Source of the DNA: an uncultured bacterium
Lineage (GTDB): Bacteria > Actinomycetota > Acidimicrobiia > Spongiisociales > UBA5794
Length of the DNA stretch: 64,000 bases
Assembly: GCA_963801165.1 (NCBI GenBank)
Contig: CAWDDT010000010.1
Coordinates: forward strand, 64,001-128,000
Direction: 5' to 3'
Below, piece after piece: positions 38,165 to 45,639 of the stretch. The notes beneath the pieces are model-generated. The model was not told where the DNA came from. It searched no databases and was given only the letters and a program-made list of their open reading frames with translations. The first letter of the stretch is position 1; each line of letters starts with the position of its first letter. The position numbers were made by a program, and so were the translations under genes.

Positions 38165-41151
38165 GCGAAACCCGGTCCGCCCTCGGCCCACGCCGGGCAT
38201 ACCTGGCGAAGCGAGCAACGTTCACAGTGGGTGCCCGGTTTCGGTGTCCAATCCTCGGATCGGATGCCTTCGGCGGCCAGCTGCAGGCGAGCTTCGACAT
38301 GGCTGAGAAGACCCATGTCGAACTTGCGTGTGGTGACACCCCTGGTCCCGTGCATCGGGTACCAGAGCTCGGCCCCGACTACCGGCCCGTGTGCATCGAG
38401 ATCCGAGTCGCGGTCGACGGCAAGCGCATAGAAGCCAAGCTGCAGGGATTCAGCGGCTTCTGCGATCTGAACGGGGTGCTTGCTGGTCTTGTAGTCGACA
38501 ATGGTCAAACCACCTGGTCCGCTGTCGATTCGGTCGATGCGACCGGTCCATTTGATGCCACCGACCTCGGCCTCGACGGTTCGCTCGAGGTCGAGGGCGC
38601 GACGCTTCCTGGTGGGCCAATTCTCGTAGAGACGGATCAACCCGTCGTGACCACGGTTCAGCCAGGAGTCGGCAAACGGACGGCCCCCGTAGTCGTTGGG
38701 GTCGAATCGCTCCCCGAGCTCGGTGAGAGCCGCGTCCAGCGTGCTGTGCTCTCGCCCCTGGTCGCGGGCGGTGCGTTCCACCGTCTCGAGAACATCGTGG
38801 ATCAGCGTACCGAAGTCAGCGTGGAGCGACGTGTCGGATCCGACTTTGAGACGGCGCTCGAGGGCATACCGTCGCGGGCAGTCCTCATACATTTGTGCCT
38901 GCGAGGGGGAGAGCACCACCTGGTCACCAATCAGGCCGTCGTCGGGTCCCCGGTCCCGGACACCGTTGAAGTCGGCAGCGGGGCGCAGCCCCCACTCCTC
39001 GCCGATGGCGAGGACTCGAAGGGCGGCGAGACGTGCCGGTCGCGGCGCAGCCACATCGACCAGGCAGCGACGCAGCGCGGCTTCGGCTTCGTGAGCCGTG
39101 ACAGGGAGCCGGCCACCCTCCGCGGGATGCGTTGGAGGGCACACGCTCACCCGGCCGGGTGGTCGGCCCGCATCGACCCCCACCCGGGCGGCGATTGTGG
39201 TGAAGAAGCGGCTGGGGCGGCCGGGTGCCTCGTCGAGACCACGTGCGGTGGCGGTCCAGATGACCCGGCGTCGGGCGCGGGTCATCGCCGTGTACGCCAA
39301 CCGGCTCTCCTCGCGAAGCCGGAAAGTCCGGTACTCCGCGGTATCAGCGGGGACGTGGGGCAACAGGTGTCGTACGCCGAGCAGCGAGTCCCGCGTACGG
39401 AGATCGGGAAATACCCCGTCAACTGCGTCGGCGATGAAGACCACGTCGAGTTCCAGCCCTTTTGCCTGGTGAAGAGTGGTCAGCGTGAGATAGTCGCCCT
39501 CCGGTCGGCGGTAGCTGAGCAGCGGCTGGGCTTCGAAATCCTCGCTCTCGGCGAGGCGGCGGTACTCGAGAAGTGTTCCCTGTGGATTGCGCTCCTCCCA
39601 GCGAACGAGCACCTGGGCCAACGATCGCCACGCCGCTCGCTCCTCAGCAGCCGCGGGGTCGGCAATGAGGCTCTCGACGCCGGGCAGAGTGCTCCACAGT
39701 TGCCACAGTCCATCGACGGCGGGAACGCTGGTGGCCCACCCGGGATCCTCGAGGAGGTCGGCGAGCCGGGACCACCCGGGGAGGGTCTCCCGGATCGCAC
39801 GAGACCAGGATGCGCTGACCCTGGCCTCCCGCTCCAGCGATCGAAACGCGCCGATTGTCAACCCGACTCGCGATCCGAGAAGCACCCGCCGCATTGCATT
39901 CTCCGCGGCGGTCGGCCCGTCGCATCCCGAAGCCGCGACGGCGAGGTCGAGTAGGAAGCGGACTGCGGGCTGGTCGGTGAGCCGGCTACCCGGTAGCTCG
40001 TGCGGTATGTGGCGGCGCTCCAACGCCCGGGAGAGGTCGGCAAGGAGCCGGCGTTTGCTGCGGACGAACACGCCGATTCGGCGGTAGGGGATACCTTCTG
40101 TGAGGTGGAGCCGTTGCGCCTCGGCCGATATCCATTCCGCTTCCTCGACTTGCTGGTCGAACCGGTACGCATCCACGACTCCCCGACCGGGGGCCGGGTG
40201 CACGGTTCCGGTCGCACCGGGAAGATCGCCGGTGGTCACTGCCACTGCCGCATCGAGGATGGCGGCCGGTGTGCGAAACGAGGTCGTCAGCAAGAAGCGG
40301 ATGGCGGGGGTTTCGGACGAGCCGAAATCATCCTCGAACGCGGCGACGTTCTCGACCGTGGCGCCCCGAAAGCTGTATATCGATTGGTAGGGGTCGGCGG
40401 CGGCGAGCGTGTGGCTGCCACCGCGTTGGAGTGCCTGCAGCAGCCGGACCTGGGCCGTCGTCGTGTCCTGGTATTCGTCAACCAGCACGTAGGTCTCAGT
40501 GTGCGCCGCAGCGAGGACGCCCTCTTCGAGCAGCGCGACGGCAGTGGAGATGAGAGTGCCGTAGTCGATGCGCCCCAGCTTGCGCAGCGCCCGTTGGTAT
40601 GTCGCGAGAAACTCCGGCAAACCGCGCCAATCGGCGCGCTCGAAACGGGCGATGGACTCGGGTGTGTTCATCTGCTCGGCTGAGCGCAAAATGAAGTCGG
40701 TCACCTCACCGGCAAAAGTCCGTGTGCCGAGAAGCTCGGCGAAGGCAGGGGACCAGGCGCGGCGGTCATCTTCTACCAGCAGTTCGTGCATCAGCGACAC
40801 CTGCTCGGGACCGGTGAGTATCTGCGGGTTCTCGCCCCATCCAGCGGCGACGCTGTTGATCTCGACCAGACGCGCAGCATAGGAGTGGAAGGTGGCGACA
40901 TCGAGAGCGCCGAGCGTATGGGTGATGCTCTGTCGAATCCGGCTGCGAACCTCGGCAACGCCGCGTCGGGAGAACCCGAGGACGGTGATCTGCTCAGGTC
41001 GTACCCCGGCAGCCGTGAGCAGATGGGTGGCCCGGCGGACCAGAAACTCCGTCTTTCCGGTCCCCGGACCGCCGACTACGAGCTGTGGGCCTGCGATGTG
41101 GGCCACGGCCTCCGGCCAGCCGTCGGGGTCGATCGAGATGGGGTCGTTCAC
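38161..41151 (-). CDS. adnA: AdnA-type UvrD helicase + PD-(D/E)XK nuclease
   Basis: GGPGTGKT, VDEYQD, HQAKGLE, GRIDRID...VDYKTS, CxxC; GTG start 41151 overlaps the upstream stop. Confidence 0.82.
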   Translation of the reverse strand: MNDPISIDPDGWPEAVAHIAGPQLVVGGPGTGKTEFLVRRATHLLTAAGVRPEQITVLGFSRRGVAEVRSRIRQSITHTLGALDVATFHSYAARLVEINSVAAGWGENPQILTGPEQVSLMHELLVEDDRRAWSPAFAELLGTRTFAGEVTDFILRSAEQMNTPESIARFERADWRGLPEFLATYQRALRKLGRIDYGTLISTAVALLEEGVLAAAHTETYVLVDEYQDTTTAQVRLLQALQRGGSHTLAAADPYQSIYSFRGATVENVAAFEDDFGSSETPAIRFLLTTSFRTPAAILDAAVAVTTGDLPGATGTVHPAPGRGVVDAYRFDQQVEEAEWISAEAQRLHLTEGIPYRRIGVFVRSKRRLLADLSRALERRHIPHELPGSRLTDQPAVRFLLDLAVAASGCDGPTAAENAMRRVLLGSRVGLTIGAFRSLEREARVSASWSRAIRETLPGWSRLADLLEDPGWATSVPAVDGLWQLWSTLPGVESLIADPAAAEERAAWRSLAQVLVRWEERNPQGTLLEYRRLAESEDFEAQPLLSYRRPEGDYLTLTTLHQAKGLELDVVFIADAVDGVFPDLRTRDSLLGVRHLLPHVPADTAEYRTFRLREESRLAYTAMTRARRRVIWTATARGLDEAPGRPSRFFTTIAARVGVDAGRPPGRVSVCPPTHPAEGGRLPVTAHEAEAALRRCLVDVAAPRPARLAALRVLAIGEEWGLRPAADFNGVRDRGPDDGLIGDQVVLSPSQAQMYEDCPRRYALERRLKVGSDTSLHADFGTLIHDVLETVERTARDQGREHSTLDAALTELGERFDPNDYGGRPFADSWLNRGHDGLIRLYENWPTRKRRALDLERTVEAEVGGIKWTGRIDRIDSGPGGLTIVDYKTSKHPVQIAEAAESLQLGFYALAVDRDSDLDAHGPVVGAELWYPMHGTRGVTTRKFDMGLLSHVEARLQLAAEGIRSEDWTPKPGTHCERCSLRQVCPAWAEGGPGFA

Positions 41152-41966
41152 GACGTCGCGGGTTGGCCCGGATCGGTTGCAAAAGCCGGGCACCGATCCT
41201 GGAACTGGCACCAGTTGCACAGCTTGCCCGGTCTTGCGGGGAAGTCGTTGTTGATGATGGCCCGGTTTATGGCCGCCCAGAGTGCCTCGAGCTTGCGCCG
41301 GGTTGCGTCGAGTTGCTGGTCGCTAACCGGGATCTCGTACACCGTGGGCCGGCCCAGGTACATGAGCCGCAAACGTACCGGGGTGCGCCCGGTGCGCGCC
41401 CTGATGAGCAGCGCGTAGATCTTCAATGCGAAGAAGGCGGGAATGGCGTACCGCTCGGGTGGGGCCGAGCCGGTCTTGTAATCGGTGATGACCAGACCGT
41501 CCGGTTCCTCTTCCATCCGATCGAGAATGCCGCGGATGGTTATCTCGCCGAGCTCCTCGGTCATGTCGAGCTCCCGATCGACCGGATCAAACGAGGTTGG
41601 ATCCTCGATCACGAAGTAGTTGGCGAGCACCGACAGACTATCGATGCCCCAGGCTCGCTCCTCCTCGACGGTGTCGAAGAGACCGGGGAACTCCTCGTCG
41701 CGCAGCTCGACCCATGCCTTGCGAAACAGCTCGTAGAGCGTTTCCGGGGTGCGGTTCTTCGGGGCGAGATCGAACAGCCGCTGCAGGGCGAGGTGAGCGG
41801 TCGTACCCCGGGCCTGATACACGGTGGGGGGCACCTCGATCTTGTCGATTGCCTTGTACTTGAACAGAAGCGGGCACACTTTGAAGTCCCCGGCCCGCGA
41901 GGGAGACAGCGTTTCGAGGATCGGAGCCGCAATTGTCTGTGTCGTGGTGTGATTTGTAGCTGTCAT
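41148..41966 (-). CDS. RecB-family PD-(D/E)XK exonuclease (standalone)
   Basis: LSPSRAGDFKVCPL, RGILDRM...TDYKTG, LCNWCQFQDRCP; start ATG 41966. Confidence 0.85.
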   Translation of the reverse strand: MTATNHTTTQTIAAPILETLSPSRAGDFKVCPLLFKYKAIDKIEVPPTVYQARGTTAHLALQRLFDLAPKNRTPETLYELFRKAWVELRDEEFPGLFDTVEEERAWGIDSLSVLANYFVIEDPTSFDPVDRELDMTEELGEITIRGILDRMEEEPDGLVITDYKTGSAPPERYAIPAFFALKIYALLIRARTGRTPVRLRLMYLGRPTVYEIPVSDQQLDATRRKLEALWAAINRAIINNDFPARPGKLCNWCQFQDRCPAFATDPGQPATS

Positions 41967-42006
41967 CGCCTTTCGACTATACGCCGCGCCACCGACAAGA
42001 ACCACA

Positions 42007-42032
42007 CGCGTGTAGTTATCGCGTGTAGTTAT
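42007..42032. repeat. 13-bp duplication CGCGTGTAGTTAT x2
   Basis: Exact direct duplication. Confidence 0.85.
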
Positions 42033-42044
42033 CGACAGGGAGAT

Positions 42045-42119
42045 CGCGAAATATTTGCCGAATTCGCGAAAACGAACCAGCCATCCAACTTGACTGCACA
42101 AAGCGGTCGGGCGTACGTT
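42045..42119 (+). promoter_or_regulatory. Putative sigma70-type promoter of ncRNA-1 with tandem CGCGAAA upstream motifs
   Basis: CGCGAAA 42045 and 42065; TTGACT 42090; 18-nt spacer; TACGTT 42114. Confidence 0.7.
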
Positions 42120-42124
42120 ATCGG

Positions 42125-42876
42125 TCCTCGAGGCTCCGACCATGGCGGAGTGGTTCTCGGAAGGAAAGGGATTGGGAAACCGGCCCTCTCCGGCACCGGG
42201 AACAACGGGATGGATACATCCCGAAGGGCACCCGGTCCCCCGGCGGAACTCCGGTTCCGGCGGAACCGAGGGTCCACGTCCGAGAGGCTTCGGCCTCGAA
42301 GACAACAGGTTGAACGGGTTTCGGCCCGGGAAACCGACAGGGCTCCGGCTCTGTCACCCGCCCTGCTACGGCAGAGCAAACCGGGAGGGCTTCGGCCCGA
42401 CCAGAAGGCCTCGGAGGGTGAAATCCTCCGAAGCAACGGGCGGCCTTCGGGCCACCCGGTCCTCCGAGTGAGGCGCACCGCCGCTGCGGTTGGGACTACG
42501 GTCTCACCACAGCGGGCAGACGTAACACGAAGGTGGACGAAACGCCGAGGCAATCGGCGGGACGAGGGTTTCCTCGGTGAGGGCAACGCCCGATCCGAGA
42601 AGGCTGCCGGGTCAAACCGAGCGGCAAGCCCTCCGACCAAGGGTTGCAGCGGTTTCCCCTGGTGGGAGCTTCGGCGCCCGCTAGCGGAGACGGCACGGCC
42701 GGCTGTACCGGGCTTCGGTCCGGTGACGACCGGGCGGGCCGGTGGGTGTCCTAACGGCCATCTACAAAGCAGCGGCTGGAAGCGGCCCGACTCCTCACGG
42801 AGAAGGTGCCCGACCAGAAGCGAGGATCCCCGAGAGGGTGGCGACTCCGGTCAAAACTCCCTCGGGGTTTCCTTTT
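42125..42876 (+). ncRNA. Putative large structured non-coding RNA (about 750 nt), family not recognised
   Basis: At least 11 UNCG-capped hairpins on the + strand plus other stems; upstream promoter; terminal long stem followed by a T-run; no credible CDS. Confidence 0.8.
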
Positions 42877-43005
42877 GTCACGAGGTTTGTCACGAGGTTT
42901 GTCACGAGGTTTGTCACGAGGTTTGTCACGAGGTTTGTCGCGAGGTTTGTCGCGAGGTTGTCGCGAGGGTTGCCGCGGAGGTTGCCGCGGAGGGTTGTCG
43001 AGAGG
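42874..43005. repeat. 12-bp tandem repeat TTTGTC(A/G)CGAGG, about 11 copies, degenerating rightwards
   Basis: Five exact TTTGTCACGAGG, two TTTGTCGCGAGG, then diverged copies. Confidence 0.95.
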
Positions 43006-43022
43006 GCTCGAAGCCTGTCGTT

Positions 43023-43679
43023 TCAGGTACACCCATCGAGCGGCTGGAGCAGCGTCACGGTGTCGTTGTCGTCCGACCCGCTCAGCAGACCCCGGAAGCC
43101 GGCAGAGACGGCCCGAAACGACCACACATCGAGTACCGCGTCTCCCTCGACCACCATATCGGCGCCGAATGCACTGCGGAGCGCGGCGACGGTCGTTCCG
43201 AGCCCAACGCCCTGTTCGGTCGTCAGGTCTAGACCACGCGGATCGATGCCGCCCTCGTTCTCGGAGAAGTCGTAACCGTAGGTATACGTGTAGAAGTATC
43301 CACCGAGGTCGGGAGCGCCGTCGTCGATGAAGATGGTCACGAGGCTACCCCAGCCGATGGCCCGCATCGTCGAGCCGGGGCACGAGCCATAGGCGTTCGG
43401 CTCCGACGGTATCCAGCCGCTATCCAGATCGGGGCCACCGACGAGTGCGGCGATGTCGTCCACGACCGTGTCAGGAGCGAGCCCGAAGCTCACCTCGCCG
43501 AGACCGTCGGGGGAGAGGGCTAGCTTCACCAGCGGGGCCGGGACCGTCGTTGTCGAATCCTGCGCGGCTCCGCATCCAGTGAGAAGGACGCACATGAGCA
43601 TCGCCGCGACTCGACGTCCCGCCGCCGGTCGAGCCCGGGCTGCCCGGGTGCACCCGACGATCCGCTTCTCTCGAGCCAA
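43023..43679 (-). CDS. Hypothetical lipoprotein (start uncertain, possibly about 43601)
   Basis: LLTGC lipobox followed by an acidic globular domain. Confidence 0.65.
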   Translation of the reverse strand: MAREKRIVGCTRAARARPAAGRRVAAMLMCVLLTGCGAAQDSTTTVPAPLVKLALSPDGLGEVSFGLAPDTVVDDIAALVGGPDLDSGWIPSEPNAYGSCPGSTMRAIGWGSLVTIFIDDGAPDLGGYFYTYTYGYDFSENEGGIDPRGLDLTTEQGVGLGTTVAALRSAFGADMVVEGDAVLDVWSFRAVSAGFRGLLSGSDDNDTVTLLQPLDGCT

Positions 43680-43765
43680 CTAGTACCTCCGGCGAGGACA
43701 CTACACCGGGACCCGGAAGGTCCCCTGCGCACGGGCTCTGGGCCGGATCGGGACCCCGGGGCACA

Positions 43766-43807
43766 TGAGTTCGGTGAGTGAATTCGGCGAGTGAGTTCGG
43801 CGAGTGA
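43766..43807. repeat. 13-bp repeat TGA(G/A)TTCGG(T/C)GAG x3
   Basis: Units at 43766, 43779 and 43792. Confidence 0.85.
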
Positions 43808-43870
43808 TAAGGAGGATTCGGTCGACTATTCGCGCCTGATCCGGGTATCGGAGCGGCGCCACGATCGGGT

Positions 43871-43945
43871 CGCGAAACAAAGCGGGAAAGCGCGAAATCA
43901 AGACACGGTTTTGGCTTGACCGCGGCATGGGCTACGCACTAACTT
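43871..43945 (+). promoter_or_regulatory. Putative sigma70-type promoter of ncRNA-2, same architecture as the ncRNA-1 promoter
   Basis: CGCGAAA 43871 and 43891; TTGACC 43916; 18-nt spacer; TAACTT 43940. Confidence 0.7.
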
Positions 43946-43951
43946 GGCTTT

Positions 43952-44218
43952 AGTCGATGAGGCGGGAAACCGCAGCAGAGACTCCAGGCCTCGCAAGGGG
44001 TTCTGGGATCTGGACGAGTCACCGGGCCGCGAGGTCGGGTGGCGACACCGCAAGGAAAGTCCGGGGACGAGCCCCAGTGGTTCGGCCTCACGGGCTGCGA
44101 AGGATCGCTGATCGGGACTTCGGTCCTGAGAGGCATCTCGGTTGAGCCGCAAGGTTCCGACCGAGAAGAGAGCCCCGAGAGGGTCGACGCTTCGGCGAGA
44201 ACTTTCTCGGGGTTTCTC
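43952..44218 (+). ncRNA. Putative structured non-coding RNA (about 270 nt), family not recognised
   Basis: Five GNRA and three UUCG hairpins; 3' stem homologous to that of ncRNA-1; upstream promoter. Confidence 0.75.
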
Positions 44219-44336
44219 GCGTCCGTAGTGGGCCGGACGACCAAAAACGCCGGCATCTGGCTCAAGGAATCGAGCGATCCGAAAATCTGCAAGCGGTGAT
44301 TGCGCGCGGCCAGGTCGAACGTCGTATCATTGCGCC

Positions 44337-44969
44337 ATGGCTTTTCCAGAGAACATCCTCACGGAAGATGAGACGATCGTCAGTCAGTTTCGACCGCACT
44401 GGAGGATGCTCGCCATCCCTGTGCTGTGGTTTATCGCCGGCATTGTTGCCATAGTCCTCGTGTCGGTCTATTCCTGGCTCGACGACTATTCGATCATCCG
44501 CTGGATCCTGATCGCAGCGCTAGTGCTTGCTTTGTTCCCGCTGGTGGTAAGCCCCGTTCTCCGGTGGGTGTTCACGTCCTACGTTCTCACCAGCGAGCGG
44601 CTGATGACGAGGACCGGGATGATCGCTCGCAGCGGCATCGAGTTGCCGCTGGCCAGCATCAACGACGTGCGCTTTCACCAGACGGTTCTCGAGCGTGTGC
44701 TGAAGTCGGGCGACCTCGTAATCGAGTCGGCAGGTGAGAGCGGGCAGAGCAGGTTCACCGATATCCCGCGCCCTGAGGAGTTCCAATCGCTGCTGTACCG
44801 GACCCGGGAACAGCAGCAACACAACAGCGCCGTAGAGCAGTCGGCAAAGGCCGCCGAAGTGACCCGCGACCCAACCGAGGAGTTGGAGAGAGCTGCCCGA
44901 CTACGCGATGACGGGGTGCTCTCTGAGGAGGAGTTCCAAGCCATGAAGCAGCGCATCCTCGGGACGTAG
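44337..44969 (+). CDS. Bacterial PH-domain membrane protein with C-terminal SHOCT domain
   Basis: RPHW, YVLTSERL...INDVRFHQTVLER, GVLSEEEFQAMKQRIL. Confidence 0.8.
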   Translation: MAFPENILTEDETIVSQFRPHWRMLAIPVLWFIAGIVAIVLVSVYSWLDDYSIIRWILIAALVLALFPLVVSPVLRWVFTSYVLTSERLMTRTGMIARSGIELPLASINDVRFHQTVLERVLKSGDLVIESAGESGQSRFTDIPRPEEFQSLLYRTREQQQHNSAVEQSAKAAEVTRDPTEELERAARLRDDGVLSEEEFQAMKQRILGT

Positions 44970-45128
44970 CGCTGCCGAGCCCAAACCGGGTTCGGGCTAT
45001 TCGTGGTCACCCGCAACCTGTACATTGTCTCCAGGAGACTGCGGAGCACATGTCGTGGCCGCGTGCCGCGCCATCGCCGCGCGTGACCAGAACCGGCATC
45101 GCTCAGCAGACCAATAGGAGGACGATGC

Positions 45129-45593
45129 ATGTCTGCTGAAAAGCTTCGTGAGTACCTCCTGACCCGCGGTGTGCCCTACGAGGTGCACGAGCACCCTCTC
45201 GCCTTCACGACGTCCCGCGTCGCGGAAGTCGAGCACATTCCCGGCAAGGACATTGCCAAGCCGGTCATCCTCATGGCCGACGACCACTTCGTGATGGCAG
45301 TTGTCCCGGGCCACAAGCACGTCGATCTCAACAAGGCGAGGTCTGCCCTCGGCTGTGAGAGCGTGCGGCTGGCAGAGGAATCAGAGTTCGCCGCTGCGTT
45401 CGCCGACTGCGAGCGCGGTGCCGAGCCACCGCTCGGGCATCTCTACGGCATGGAGACCGTCGTTGATCTGCGTCTCGATGCACCAAGGATCACGTTCCGT
45501 GGTGGGAGCCACACCCAGACGATCACGATGGGGATGGAGGACTACAGGACGGCCGCAAACGCCGTCATGGGTGACGTCGCGGCCGGTCGCTGA
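45129..45593 (+). CDS. YbaK/ProX-like aminoacyl-tRNA editing domain protein
   Basis: IAKPVIL, DCERGAEPPLG, GGSHTQTI. Confidence 0.82.
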   Translation: MSAEKLREYLLTRGVPYEVHEHPLAFTTSRVAEVEHIPGKDIAKPVILMADDHFVMAVVPGHKHVDLNKARSALGCESVRLAEESEFAAAFADCERGAEPPLGHLYGMETVVDLRLDAPRITFRGGSHTQTITMGMEDYRTAANAVMGDVAAGR

Positions 45594-45639
45594 CCGGCAC
45601 GCTACGACCGGGGTGAGCGGGGACTGTTTTAGCGCGTCG

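Noticed and set aside
41148-41966. Cas4 as part of a CRISPR system
   Set aside because: The PD-(D/E)XK + Cys cluster fold is shared with standalone RecB-family exonucleases; it is coupled to adnAB with no CRISPR context
42125-42876. ncRNA-1 as rRNA, tRNA cluster, tmRNA, SRP RNA or group I/II intron
   Set aside because: No universal rRNA motifs, TTCGAA T-loop/CCA ends, SRP GGAAGG-AGCAG loop or group II domain V/GTGCG end recognised, and it does not interrupt a gene
41085-43232. 715-aa + strand ORF spanning ncRNA-1
   Set aside because: Overlaps the real minus-strand nuclease and lipoprotein genes, has Arg/Gly/Pro-rich shadow composition and no motifs, and translates the 12-bp repeat; open by chance in GC-rich DNA
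44054-44065. GGAAAGTCCGGG resembling the RNase P RNA CR-I/P4 motif
   Set aside because: No convincing 3' partner (AGAAcccGGCTTA-type CR-V) or other RNase P helices seen; cmsearch with RF00010 would settle it
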